Below, one piece after another: positions 15,554 through 29,047 of a DNA stretch of 64,000 bases; positions within the stretch are counted from its first letter, which is position 1; the number at the start of each line of letters is the position of its first letter. A program made the position numbers and the translations under genes. This DNA comes from Callorhinchus milii (taxonomy: Eukaryota). The notes under the pieces were generated by a model. It made no database searches and was not told the origin of the DNA. It worked only from the letters and a program-made list of their open reading frames with translations. The stretch spans positions 80,292,001 to 80,356,000 of the forward strand of contig NW_024704743.1 in the NCBI RefSeq assembly GCF_018977255.1. Direction: 5' to 3'.

Positions 15554-16019
15554 TGTAATGCCCTCCACTGTGGTTTTATTTGGTCAAATATTTCTTCATA
15601 TTATTCAACAGGCATTTTATTCATTACAGAAATAAGTTCAAGAATGCTCATTCACTTCTCTTCTCCCCCCATGTCCTTTTTCTGGGCTTATGCTCCTTAG
15701 ATGTTTTCTGTCCTTGTCTCTCATCCTTTGAATAAGTGCAAATGCTAGTACTGTGTTGTAAGACACAGGTGACTTGGATTTCCAAGAGTTGTTTTCTTTG
15801 GTAAAAAAGCAGGTGGTAATGTGATACAACAGGTTTCCAGCGATCATCATATTTTGGCTGTTACCATTGGAAGTGCCCAAAAAATATATAGTAGGTGTTG
15901 GAACAAGTTGAATGAAAAGTCAATTCAACCATGAGTTTTGCCTATCCTTCTTCAGAAGTACAGGAGTACTGCTTTGAGATGCCCGGTGAACATTTGCTTC
16001 GCTGTTTGCCTTCTTGATT

Positions 16020-16612
16020 GGAGTCCTGTAGCTCAATGGTTAGCTCGCCTCGCTTCCTCCCTTGCCTCCTTCAACGCCGGTCTCAAGACTCTTTTCTTCG
16101 ATCGTGCCTTTGGTCGCCCTCTCACCTCTCTGCCTTCCCTTACCCCTGTGACACCCCTCCCCCATGCTCAGGCACTGACACCTGTCTGTTCAGTGCTTTG
16201 GGACGTCCTTCCAACGTGAAAGGCGCTCTATAAATGTAATTTTGTTGTTGTTGTTGTTAGAGCACTCACCTCGCAAGCGAGAGACCTGGGTTTGATTCCC
16301 AGCAGGGCGAAATGTTGGTCAAGTCTCCTTATTCCACAGCCCTCTGTTTACCTACCAGTAAGTAGGAACCCGGTTATTGGTCGATCGGCGGATCACTTTT
16401 CCGGGGATAATAATTCCTTAAAAAAATTAATAAAATTGGTTTCTCAATCCACTACTGTTTGTGGGTCACTGCTGTGCGCAATTGGCTATCGCGTTCTGCC
16501 CACAAAATATATAGTCAATTCACTTTACAGTATATTCTGTGAAGCTCTTTGAGACATCTCAAAGATGCAAAAAGGCGCTATATCAAATGCAAGGATTACA
16601 ATTATTATTATT
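16020..16612 (+). mobile_element. tRNA-Ala-derived SINE with an L2 3' fragment (16044-16255) inserted in its A box; GTTAG target duplication
   Basis: GGAGTCCTGTAGCTCAATGGTTAG|L2 tail...GTTGTTAG|AGCACTCACCTCGCAAGCGAGA. Confidence 0.88.
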
Positions 16613-17904
16613 GACTGGGAAATAGTGCATGACCCAGGGAGGACTGTGATTGAAGTCTAAAACACAATATTCACAAACTAGATGGGAGTTGCAAACCTCA
16701 ACTTCCAGTTTGCGAACAATGGATTGTGAGATTCATGGTGAGATTAGCAAATACAATCCAATAACTTCAAAAAATTCATGTTTCACAAAAAAAGCTGTCT
16801 GTGAGCAAAACATTGAGGGGAAACAGCTGGTATTTGGCTTGACAATTTTTTTCATTAATCGGACATTGTTCGGGAATCACAAATAATAAGTTTGTGAAGC
16901 TTGCAAACTTCACAAGCTGGAAGTCACAATTTGCAACTGGAAGGCAGTTTGCAAACAGTGCATTTTCGATCTTATTGGCGCAGCTTTGAGACAGTTCCTC
17001 TGTAGCCCATCAGTTGTAAACTACTTCAGTAAATTCATGTACAATTTATGCAATAAAACTAGGCACATATGAGATTGATTTAGGTTTGCTACTTTTGAGA
17101 CTTTTATCAAGAAAGAAAAATGATTTCCCAAGAGTTGTTGATTAAATTTAGATTCTATTTACAGATTTGAATTAACTGTTTTTAAATATATCTAAACAGA
17201 ATAATTTTTGGGGCTTGTAGCATAACAGATATGAATGTTTAAACCATGCATTGCATAAACTCAGACACCAAAGAGGGGGAAATTGGAGGAAAATATACAA
17301 CTAAAATAATCAGTCAATGCTCACATTACCATTAATGTGTTGCAACCTCACAATGTCATTAACTTGGGCGCTCCAGCCTCGCACTGCTATGAATACATAT
17401 TTCCTGATCATAAACTGCTATTAAGTCATTCACTCCAACCTTTTACTATTATTACCACATTACATTCCACCCTTACACTGCCATTATCCAGATACACTGA
17501 TCTCACAGACGCTCCATCTGCACACTTCACGCTCGGAATTCTTGCAAAAACATGAAGAGACGTTCACAAGACTTAAATAACCTTGATTTATTAAGTCTAT
17601 TTTATATCTGTGATCTGTTGAATTAACCCCGACCATTATGGGACACCAATTGATTCATTTAATGTTTTATTTAAAGTTTTACTAAATAAATCTAAGCAAA
17701 AAGACTAAATTATCTTCACACATTAGTCTTTTTCCCTGATAAACTGCTATAACAATGTAAAAGGAACTATTTAACATATACTCTGATTATACTGGTGCTT
17801 TGTACTCTGTGATTTAATCTTCCACTGAACTATTTTTGTTTCTTCCCTTTGGAAAAGGAATAGTTTAAATTCTCATAATCCACCTGCTCCTTGTGAACTG
17901 CAGG

Positions 17905-18615
17905 TTTTCGACCATACCTTCGATCACCCTCCTTCTCCAACTGCCCTCCACCCTCCCCGATCCCGACCCCCAACCCGGGTCCAAAACGCTGACCGTCCAG
18001 TGCCTTGGGACATACTCCCGACGTGACAGGCGCTATACAAATGTCATTTTGTTGTTGTATTAATAATAGGATTCAAACATGATTTTCTTCCAAAATTGAA
18101 ATTAAATTTTCACATGCTTTTTTGTATAAAAAAGCAGCTGTGAGTCACTTTGTGTCACATCACTATGCTGTTCACTCTGCAATCTCTCCCCCACAAGATA
18201 TAACAACTTGTATTTATACAGCACCCCTCATATAGTGCAGTATCCCAGAGCGTTTGACAGTGTCGGAGTATGACGCTGAGCCGGTGGGTGGGGGGGTGTT
18301 GGTTGGATGCAGATGACCATAGGCTGTAGACCGTAGGGATGGAGGAAGAGTGTTTTAGTGTTTCGGAGTGTGGTATCTAAAAGCACAGTGGTTCAGAGGA
18401 CAAGAGGGACATGCTGAAGGCCGGAGCCAATTGAGCAAAGGCAGTTGGTTGTAGGCTGTGGGGTAAGCAGGTTGGAGAGGTAGGGAGGTACCAGGGCATG
18501 AAGGGATTTGAAGACGAGTGTGAGGATCTTGAATCAATCCGTTCGGTGATAGGGAGCTGGAGGAGCCTGGCTAGAACTGATGTGATGGGGGCATAGAATT
18601 TAGTGCAGGCCACAC
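17905..18615. mobile_element. Two L2 3' fragments (17905-18058 on +, 18200-18615 on -)
   Basis: Tail stem-loop with (GTT)n; LARL.QLPITERIDSR remnant on the minus strand. Confidence 0.75.
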
Positions 18616-19344
18616 AACTTTACAGGATTTTGCATAAAGCGCTTTGAGACATTGAAACAATGTCATTTCCCCCCTGTATCAAATGCAAGCATTATTATTA
18701 TACCCACCTGAAACACAGTCAAAACCTTTTTTTAAAACTTAAACTGAGTATAAGTGTTTGTCCTGCATCACTGCTGAGTGACTGGTGGAAAACATGTCTT
18801 CAATGTGAACAATATTTTCTTCATGGAAGCCCACATACGAGAGCTGCACAAGCAGGTGCATGAAACTCTAACGTGGTCCCCACTTGAACCCCATGTTTTA
18901 TTAGAGCTGAAATCTTGCAAACTTGCAATGATATGCGGGGGATTCTCTGGGGAAAACTGTTTACACCAGAGGTATTTTTGCCGATGACCTCTCAGAGCTA
19001 GCATGCATTTTTGCCTCCTCCCTCATACCCAATATCTAGAAAAGACCTACTATTAACTCCACCACTTTCTATAAAAAGAACACATGAGAATGATTAGTGG
19101 TTGTTGCACAATAAACCACTTGTATTGTGGCTGCCTGAACTCTTGCACTTTAAGGCACTTGTGATATGGATTGATACCACCTGGTTAGTTTTGCACTAAC
19201 ACCAGTCACTGACTTGTATAATTTAGTTATATGAGCTGAAGTGGAAAATCTTATGGAGGTATGTGAGATTCAGACACTAAATTCAGAACATTACATCAGA
19301 GATATTTTTGCCAGTGACCTCGCAGAGGCAGCATGCATTTTTCC

Positions 19345-19630
19345 TCCCCACAATATATCCAGTCAATTCACTTTACAGTATATTTTGTGAAGTGCTTTGA
19401 CAACAACAACAACAACAAGATTCCATTTATAGAGCGCCTTTCACGTCAGGAGGACGTCCCAAGGCGCTGCACAGTTGGGTCATGACCCGAGCAGGGGGGA
19501 AATGGTCAGGGTGAGGGGAGGGAAGGGAGGGAGAGAGGAGGAGGAAGAGAGTCGAGAGGGGAGCTGAAGACACGTCTCAACGACATGATAAGGCGCCATA
19601 TCAAATGCAAGGATTGTTATTGTTGTTATT
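19345..19630. mobile_element. SINE 3' half (+) with a young L2 3' end (19401-19570, -) inserted in its tail
   Basis: GTGAAGTGCTTTGA|(CAA)n L2 tail...|CACGTCTCAACGACATGATAAGGCGCC. Confidence 0.85.
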
Positions 19631-21199
19631 AAGAATAGTTTCAGATGCACTGATCCAGCAGAACAAGAGGGTACAGGATCAGATAAATTTAGGTCAGACA
19701 TCAGGAAGTTTTTCTTTACCCAGAGGATAATTAACAGCTTTCTCCAAACCTCTCCTGATTATAAAATGGAAACAGTATTCTTATTATTGCCCTCCAAAAC
19801 ATGAACTAAAAAAGGCTATACATTTTCTCATCCTCTATTCTCTACTGCTTGTTACAGTAGTATACAGTTTGATATTTGTATATTTTTTCCCCTCTCTATT
19901 TCTCTGCTAATTACTACAGTATTGGTTTTATTCTTTAAACTATAAACTTTAAATGAATTAATTTTTATTATTTCTCTGCTGACCTCATTCTCTCTCATTT
20001 CCTGAGCATTTTCCTTTCCCATCAGTGTATCGCTTTTTGTTTCATGGAGCCACTGTGCCACCTTGGTGTTTTGTTTGACCCTCAACTCTCTAAACCCTGT
20101 CACCTGCTGATTGAATAAGATCACTATTCACCTCTTCCACAATATCGCTTGCTTCTGTCCCTAATTTCCATCCAATTGGTTGAACAGGCTCAATGGGATG
20201 AATGGCCTCCTCTTCCTATATTCCTCTCCTATATCAAGCTCAAGCTTTTGCAGAACTCCCAATCCACTATCACGCTAGGCTCTATGTGCCCATCACTCTC
20301 ATGGTTATATATATATATATATTTTATTTCATCCTTGAGATGTCTTCGCGACGTGAAACGAGCTATATAAATGTAATTTTGTATTGTATGGTTACGTGAC
20401 TGCAGTGTAACACACTTCACTCTCTGTCCCCCTAGATTAGAAGATCCCCATCCTCACCTTCAGTTCCTGACTGCAATCTCCTCCGGCCCTACTCTCCCAC
20501 CCACTGCCTCCATTTAAATTTCAGCCTGCTGCACAACCCTTACTCTCACTACTCACAGTCAAGCCTTCAGCAATGTGCCCCTGCTTTCTGTAGCTCCCTC
20601 CCAAATCCCTCTGTCACACTGTCTCTTTGTTTTCAAAACTCTTCTACAAGTCTATCTCTTTGACCATGCCTTCAATCAACTACCTGTGACCAACTTCCCC
20701 CAACTTCCCATCTTGTTTGAGTTTCCACAATGAGTAGCACTTCTGGATATTTTCACTGTGAAACGCAAAACATAACACCATGTTGTGTTGACAAAATTGA
20801 CCTCTCTCTTCTGTCCTTCAATGCTTTCATGGGATGATATTTGCAGGGTTTTGTAGTATATCGATGTGATATCACGTTGAATGCTTTCTGAAATGCTCCC
20901 AATTTCACCCTTTTATATATCTTATGATATATCTTTGACTTCTGCCTTTGAACAATCCCTTTATATTTTGTTGCATTCAGTCACTATGAACCATGTTGAT
21001 TTTTGTTGCTCGCTGACTTTTAAAATCTCTCCATTTCTTTTTCTCTGATAATAATGTTACTATCACCCATTATTTCATCTCCTTTGTTCTCCTATTTCAG
21101 CACCTTTGATCATCAAAGTATTGAAAGACACCAGACAGAATAAATAGTTTACCACATCAAATCTACTCTAACTTCTAGCAGTTCTTTACAGACCCATTG

Positions 21200-21521
21200 A
21201 ATAATAATAATAATAATAATCATCCTTGCATTTGATATAGCGCTTTTCACGTGTCCTGGACGTCTCAAAGCGCTTCACAGAATATACTGGAAAGTGAATT
21301 GACTATAATTGTGGGCGAAATGCTGTAGCCAATTATGCACAGCAGTGTCCCACAAACAGTCGTGGATTGAAGTGACCAATTTATTATTGTTTTTTTCTTG
21401 ACGGATTATTATCAGGTGTATGGAGAAAGGAAACTTGCCCAAGGTTTCGCCCTGCCCAGGAATTGAACCCAGGTCTCTTGCTTGCCAGGCGAGTGCTCTA
21501 ACCACTGAGCTACAGGACTCC
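21200..21521 (-). mobile_element. tRNA-Ala-derived SINE, short subtype
   Basis: Full head, body and tail; highly similar to 31216-31525. Confidence 0.92.
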
Positions 21522-21819
21522 TTCAATAAATCTTCAGCAGGGAAAAAAGTTACAATTCAGAAAACAGCTGCCGACTGTATCTAAAGTTCTGTCTTTATTT
21601 TAACACTCTTCAAACACAACTGGGATATGGTCTTATTTCTTAGCACGACCAATGCAGAATACAGGCAGGCACTCTGAGAATCGTGGCCCCTTTCTTAAAA
21701 AAAAGATGTAGTTTCATATATTTATAGAGCTAAAGAAGCTGAATTTTATAGCAAATTAGAATATTCAAAATTTATTTTCAATTATGCAGAATGACTGGCC
21801 AAATTAAATGGAACCAGTG

Positions 21820-21965
21820 AAGCAATGAAGTTAGGTCAAGGTATTAAGGGATATGGGGCAAGGGCGGGAACTGGACCTTAAGTACAGATCAGCCATGATA
21901 TTATAAAATGGTGGAACAGGCTCGAGGGGCTGAATAGCCTACTCCTGATTCTATCTTTCTAAGTT
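21820..21965 (+). mobile_element. CR1 LINE 3' end
   Basis: GGTATTAAGGGATATGGG...GATCAGCCATGAT...GGCTCGAGGGGCTGAATAGCCTACTCCTG is a typical shark-type CR1 3' UTR. Confidence 0.75.
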
Positions 21966-22379
21966 ATTCTCTGTTGTGCAGCGCCGATTGCATCACAAAT
22001 TTTGAGATACATCTTCCACGAATCGGCCATTAAATGTAGAATGGTAAATTCAACAACAACAAATTCACATACGCACACACACACACACATATATATAATA
22101 TGGGTTTCAAAATGTTACTGTAGTACTGCTTTGCCCCATTAAAGAGGCTGTGTATTGATTCTTGAGAAGTCACAGCAGTCAGACTAGCGTTTTTCTTACT
22201 GCTGTTACATGCAAGTGACACAATTGTATATTTGCATATGAGTTGACCCATTGCAGTGCTTGTTCCACAAACACAAAAAAANTGTTTAGTGATCATTTTT
22301 AAACAAGGCCGGTGCCTATTTAAGGCTGGAGTGGAATTCAAAGAAATTCAGCTGTGGAGATGCAATCAACAATTGAGCA

Positions 22380-22760
22380 AGTGCTGCGTCTGTGTGGTAT
22401 TCATTTGATAATATGTGGTGAGTACAGTCAGCATGAACCACATGTGGCCACCAGCCAATTGTACAAAATGTGTGTGGAACAGCAAAGCATACAGATTTAA
22501 CCCTTAAATGATGTTGTGCTATTGGCCAACTCACTTGGGGATCTTGTGTGCTGCACGTAGCATCTTGAACACTGGGATACTTAATGGGCCTTGATCATGT
22601 GTGCCCTCAAGTATGGTATTGCGGTTCAAGAGAGGACATTGATGGTAGCAATTGGAGGATACAAGGGGCATACATCTCAATTGTCGATCATATCTGTCGA
22701 TTGTGGTGGACACCAACTTTAGCTTGGCACTGACCTTCGGGACTGTGTTGAGAAGGGGCG
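22380..22760 (-). mobile_element. Degenerate Tc1/mariner transposase fragment
   Basis: Minus-strand peptides TTIDRYDRQLRCM...AAHKIP and CFAVPHTFCTIGWWPHVVHAD resemble Tc1 motifs (TT.REDR.I.R.A; ARKKP; FA..H..WT...W..V.WSD) in the expected order. TIRs not resolved. Confidence 0.55.
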
Positions 22761-24614
22761 AAGGGCACTATGTTGTTCTCATCTCTTTTTGAGTATAGCA
22801 AGTGCCAGTGCAGGTTATGTTTTGCAGCCATCACTCTGAAAGTAGATGTACATTGGAAGGTGTTACCTCAATTCCAGGTTTGTGAAAATATGTTCATATA
22901 TCTAGAGCCTGGAATCCACCTTGACTGGTATGCAGAGAGGTAAAGCAGATGCTGCAGAACTCCGTATTTTTGAATGGTGGAAACATCACTCAATAGTTTG
23001 CTACGGGTGCCTGAGCTGTGGGTTTATCCACTGAGTGAGCACTTAAATTTGTCTTTGTCAGATGTTGAATGAACTCTGGATGGATGGATATTCTTCAGCA
23101 TGGAGATAGTTTTTTGCATGTGTCAGACAACTGGCTGACTCAAAACAAATCTTCGAGTTGCGACTGTCTTTGATAATCTTCTGTCACTGGGTGCTACCCA
23201 TACCAAAAGTTGTATATTTTCAGCTGAGATAATGTGGCACCGATAACAAAACAAATATTGAAGCAATAAAGATATTCAAGAATAACTACTACTTTATTAT
23301 TCAAAGTCTGTTGAAGTAAGCACAAAACGTGCAATTTTAACTATAATTATTTAAAAAACGTTACTATTGCTAAGCGTACCTTCATTTTATTTTGTTGTAT
23401 TCCTTATTTGTATATATTAAACAATTTATTTTTAAATTATAATTTACCAGTCTTTTTGTTTGTAGTTTCTCTGCTTTAAAAAGCTTTCACTCACATATTG
23501 TAATAATAATAATCCTTGCATGCGATATAGCGCCTTATCATGTCGTTGAGCTGTCTCAATGCGCTTCACAGAATATACTGTAAAGTAGATTGACTGTGTA
23601 TTTTGTGGGCGAAACACAGCAGCCAATTGCACACAGCAGGTCAGACCATGTCAACTTGTGACCCAGATTCAAAATGAATGTAAATAGATCACAAAAGCTG
23701 TTCAGATGAAGAAGGCCCTTCAGCTGATTTAATCTCATCCTTCCAGATATCTGCGGAAAGAGAAGGGTCCAATTTTAATGCATTGGCACCACAAGGGATA
23801 ATGTATTCCTAAATCTGCCAAAAGTAGTGTAAACGTGTGTAGCAAAATTCCCAAAACAATTCGGGTGAGAAAGGATCCAAATACGTTATTTCCATAAAGA
23901 GAACACAAACTATATTTTTTATGTGCTGATGCTCGGTGTCTTGACTGAAGTATATCATGAATTTATAGCAGCAGAACTTTAAGGGGATTGAGAGGACTGT
24001 ACTTTCAGTTCTGATAGCTAGATTGAAATAAGTCTAGATTCATGGGATGAAAAGTCAACTTCTTTCACCTTCTCGCACTCCTTCTTTCTCAGCCATCTTC
24101 CTCCCTCTGCCTCTCCATCTCGCACTTTTTCTTTCTCTCCCTCTCTCACTCTCAAAGACCCGATTAACATAGGTTTGGCCAGTTTCTGGTGAACTCAGAT
24201 ACAGTGCTCAAAACTACCCAAGAATTCATCACAAATTGGCAGCTTTATTCAGTGAAACACAACAGATGACAAGGTGCTCTTCTGAGGGTTAAGGCAATGT
24301 TGGAGCAGAGTAGAGTAAAGGTTATGTTCACCTGGCTTGTTCTGGGAGCCTTTCATGTGGTCTTTTTTGGCTGTAAAACTGGATATTGTTCCATCCCCTA
24401 TTTTGAAATAGGGGATGGAATTTTCAAAGATGGTACATGGGTTACAACCTTAAATTTGTTAAAAGCAACAATCTCTACCAATAATCCTTACCTTTGATGT
24501 ATCGCTTTATCACACTCCTAAGATGCCTCAAAGCGGTTCCCAGGAGTTTACTGTGAATCCAGAAATGCTATTTTAATTTCTCACCTATTTCTCAGATATT
24601 GAAGGTGGGGATGA

Positions 24615-25185
24615 AATACAACAACAATTTGATTTCATTTGATGCTCTTCAAACAGGATAGTGTCTCGGAGTGCTGGACAGCGGCAGAGCTTGACACTGA
24701 GCCAGAGAAAGAGGGGAGGTTATCATGATAGGCAAGGTTGAAGAGCAAAGTCGTCCGGTGTGATCTGATGATGGGCAAGGAGGGGGCAAGACAGAGGGAT
24801 TCAGGCAGAGATTTCCAGAGTCTCGGGGCAGAGTAGCTGAAAGCACAGCTGCCTGTGGTGGATCAGAGAGGATTAAAGACGTGCAGGTGGCTGGAGCCAG
24901 CTGAGCAAAGGGGACGTTAGTGGAGTGGGGTGTAAGCATGTTGGGCAACTAGGGAGGTGCTAGGGCAAGAAGTGATTTGTATGTGAGTGTGAGGATCTTG
25001 AAATTGATCCATTTTGCAGGAGGGAGTCAGTGGAGCCTGGCGAGGTCTGGGGTGATGGTTGTGAAGAGTTTGGTATGGGTAAGGATCCAGGTGGTGGAGT
25101 TTTGAATTAATTGGATTTTATGAGTGGTAGAGCTGAGGAGAACAGGGAGGAAGGTTTTGAAAAAATCAAGACAGGTGGTAGCACG
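24615..25185 (-). mobile_element. Old L2 3' fragment
   Basis: HKIQLIQNS...ITPDLARLH remnant; (CAA)n tail near 24618. Confidence 0.75.
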
Positions 25186-26194
25186 TACAATGGGAGAGAA
25201 AGAACACACCGCTGAGGTGATTAACTTTACCACCAGTAGGATTCCACCCCCAAAGATTCAATCCATCCATAGTGCTGGTCCATGATTTTTCACACTTCAG
25301 TCCCAGACTCTCATTCACAACTGGTATAAATAGATTGCATTCAGTCTGAAGTTTCTTTTCCATTTACAATTTTAAATGGACAGAGTAACAATAGGACTTG
25401 CAAACTGGTGAACTAGCCTATTCAACTCTTGCCAGATCTGCAATGTGTTTCAAGTATAAACAGAGAATGGACTCTTGAACTTAGTTTCACAGACTAGGCA
25501 GTGGCAGATTTCATCTGCTGTTTCTCCCACCTCCCATTCCCACTATCTAACACCGAAAACGTACAGAAAATGCATTCTTAACATTCTGCATATGCCAACT
25601 CATTGCGTATGCATTCAGTGTCTTACACATGTGCAGTGCTCAGTGGAGCTGGCCACTAGCATAAACAGGGTAAATGCTCACAGTCCATCTGCACAGTTTA
25701 ATTACTGAAACCTAATTAAAGCACCAGGTCTCAGCTTAATCAAGTAGGTGACAGCCTTAGGGCCACTGCTATTCAACTTCATAATGACAATGAAGAAGAA
25801 CTGAAATAGAAATAAAGCCTTAGCCAACATACTTACAACCTGAATCCAATTACTATTTAAAGAGAAACAAACATTCACATCCAGTAAATCGTTTAACCCT
25901 GCTCAAGAAATGAAGTAGGGCTTATCAAGTTGCTGACATGGTTTAAATCTTCGGATACCTCATTCAGAAGTCCCAGTCCCACATTCTAAGCATCAATTCA
26001 TTTTACACAGTAACTCCTGGACTAGGCTCTCCAGTCAACAATATTTGGAGCAATGCCCCCCTCCTCCAAACAGGCTCAGGTCTTACAACTATCAGCAAGC
26101 GTTATCATGGATAACATAATAATAATCCTTGAATTTGTTATGGAGCCTTTCACAGAAGGACATCTTAAAACGCTTCATATACTGTATTGTAAAG

Positions 26195-26313
26195 CAGTGG
26201 TGGCCAACATTTTTGGTTGGCCATCAAAGTAATCATAGAAGTAACAAAATATTCAATCAGGAAACATTTATTTTTCACCTGCGTTAGCCAACAAAAGAGG
26301 TTGGCCACCACTG
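26195..26313. mobile_element. 119-bp hAT-type MITE
   Basis: Perfect 14-bp TIR CAGTGGTGGCCAAC / GTTGGCCACCACTG; 8-bp flanks TTGTAAAG / TTTTAAGG (6 of 8 match). Sits in a SINE tail remnant. Confidence 0.8.
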
Positions 26314-28473
26314 TTTTAAGGTGTAGTGAATGTGCATTTTGTACAAGTAGTAATACCTTTGAAATTTAAACAGGAAGAACACAATACAAGCATAGTACTG
26401 TATATCTAAATACAAACTGGATCTGGCAATTTGGTTTCCATTTACTTTGTAAAGCAGAATTTCTACATCATTCAATCTAAGATTTGGGATCATGATGGCT
26501 TACTCTATTATCCATCCACTGGAACTCTTTAATAAGAAAAGAGGAAGTTACATTGATTCAATGCAAGCCGGCTAAGATGCAACTACATTCAGAACAGCTT
26601 TCTAGTTGGTGTCATCTCCATTCAGGCTCCTTACTAGGAAATAAAAAAACTCACTGGGAACACTCAGCAGGTCAGGCAGCTTCTATGGAGAGAGGAAAGT
26701 GAATTCATGTTTCAGGTCGATGTTCTCATAATTATGAAGGCAGTATTTTGCCTTTTCCTTATTAAGGAATCCTGGTAGAAATCTCCACATATTAGACCCC
26801 ATTGCCTCTTAAGTACGTTAGCCCCATGATTTGTTCTTTCAAGCTGTAAACTACCATCTGTACTCCAGCTAGAAGTCTGTTGCTGTGTATTCCCTGTTTC
26901 TGAAATGAAAAAAGTAAGTGCAACAAGTTATTTAATCAAATAAGAAACTGGTATAAAACATTTGTTTCAAGACAGCCAGAAGCAGGATAATGATTGGAGT
27001 GAAACTAGCAAATGGCATGTCACTGTAAGCCGAAGACAAAAATCCACTTTTTAATTGTATATCCACATTAACACCCAGGTTTGCTTTGGCCTCAGGAGAT
27101 AACTTCAGTGCAGGTTTGCCCAGTACAGCATGAGAAATAGAGGCATATACTTCAGGGGCAAAAAATGTTTTGTGGTGAGTTACACTTTCAGTATGTTAAC
27201 AGAAGCAAAGTGCAAATTAGTTACTGGAGAATGATCCAAATCCAATACGTTGAATTCTGCCTGTTTCCATTGCTGAGAAGGATGCAAGTATTGCCAAGGT
27301 CTTAGACTTGGAGTGACTCTAGGTTCCTAAACAATGCTGTGTGTACATAGTATGTTGGCATTCATGATTCCGCACTCCTGCTTCTTTTTTGGACATCCCA
27401 TTGAAGTGTGAAATGCAGTCTGCGGCAGTGTGAGAGCCACAGCAGAATCAAGCTTTCATTTTATACCACAAAAGGCACAATGGTGTTTATGCAATGCAGA
27501 CATACTTTTCAAAATGAATAATATCATTGTGTTGTTGCTAAAGATTAGCAAAATATTTTCAGTCTGTTTCATAATACCCCATTTAAGATTGGTGCTTATT
27601 ACTATCTAAACAAATTTATGTGATTGAACTTTATCCCAGTTCAGTAAAATCAGCAGCACTTAATGTTTGTCTTCCTTATGGCTTTTTGGAAGCGTTGCTC
27701 TATAGCAGTACCTAAAGCAAGTTCTATGTAGTAAAACCTTAGGACCTTAGAACTACTATAAACACTTTGGGACCGAAATGTGCTCATAATTATGAAACAA
27801 TTCTTAATTCTGAAACTGTAGGGTAATCTGGCACTAAACTCTTTCAAACTTTCCTATCCAACTCTCTAGAGCTTCTAGCCTGACTCGGGCAAACTATAGA
27901 TGTCAGGTCCAACTTCCTTTTCACTTCACCATATCATGGAAATAAAATACACTGTGAATTGCTGAGATGAAATGAAAGAGATAGAGGTCTTCCATACATT
28001 TTGGCTTGGGTACCGTCTTTGTTGAAGGGATGAAACAGGTCACTCAGTCTAGAGATAGCTACAATCTCCAGTGTGAGATAAAATAACAGACACTTGCTTG
28101 ACACTAAAGAAAAGACAGATATCATGCTATTTTCGTATTCGCAGGCGATTGGACAGAGTCTTCAAGTAGCTTGTAAGTGCCAAAATAACATTAGATCTGA
28201 TTTTTTTTCTCTAGTATGGCTGTTATATCACAGTGCTTAGAGTTTTGAGGGCTGAAACTTCAAGGTTGCTCTGTAACCGACTATCCTTGTTGGAAGAAAA
28301 AAGGGCATTTATTTTCATCCTAGAGTAACAGTGATATTGCAGACTTATTTAATAGAAGACTTTGCTCAAGGTAAATACCCACATTATCTTTGGGTACGCT
28401 TGTATTTTTTGTTAACCATTATTTTTGAATGAGTAATAATAAAATGAAAGAAAACGTAAATCATGACATTTAT

Positions 28474-29047
28474 TCTGCATTTGTCAAAGAGGTCCATAAT
28501 TTAAGTCCATAATCACAAAGCAGGTTTATCACAAAATTTGCAGCTAATATCCAAATCCCAATTCACAAATCCCAAGTCAGCAAAGTCGAGAAAGAATTCC
28601 GAAGGACAAGAATGAAACACCATAGAACAGTGTGATAGCTTTTTTTTCAGTCTTTGCCTGACTTCAGATTCATGAACTTCATAAACCAGAAGTTGCAATT
28701 AATGTAATGGATCTAGTTTGTCAATGTCTCAAATTATAATACAGTTTTACCAGGTAATTCTCGGTTTAAAGAGAAGAAAGGGTGTAATTTGACACAATAA
28801 CAAACTGGATCCATTACATTAATTGCAACTTTTTGTTTGTGAAGTTCATCAATCCCGAGTCAGACAAAGTCTGAAAAAAAAGCTCTCATACTGTTCCATG
28901 ATGTTTCACATTCACTCTCCGGAATTCCTTCTGACTTTGCTGACTTTGGATTTGTGAACTGGGGTTCTCAAATGTTGCTCCAAATTTTGTGATAAACCTG
29001 CTTTGTGATTATGGACTTAAATTATGGACCTCTTTGACAAACGCAGA
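28474..29047. repeat. Long inverted repeat (foldback/MITE-like), ~265-bp arms with a 44-bp spacer
   Basis: 28480-28540 is the exact reverse complement of 28981-29041; the arms continue imperfectly inward to 28738 and 28783. Confidence 0.92.

Noticed and set aside
22282..22282. Ambiguous base N
   Set aside because: A single-base assembly ambiguity after an A run, not a biological feature.
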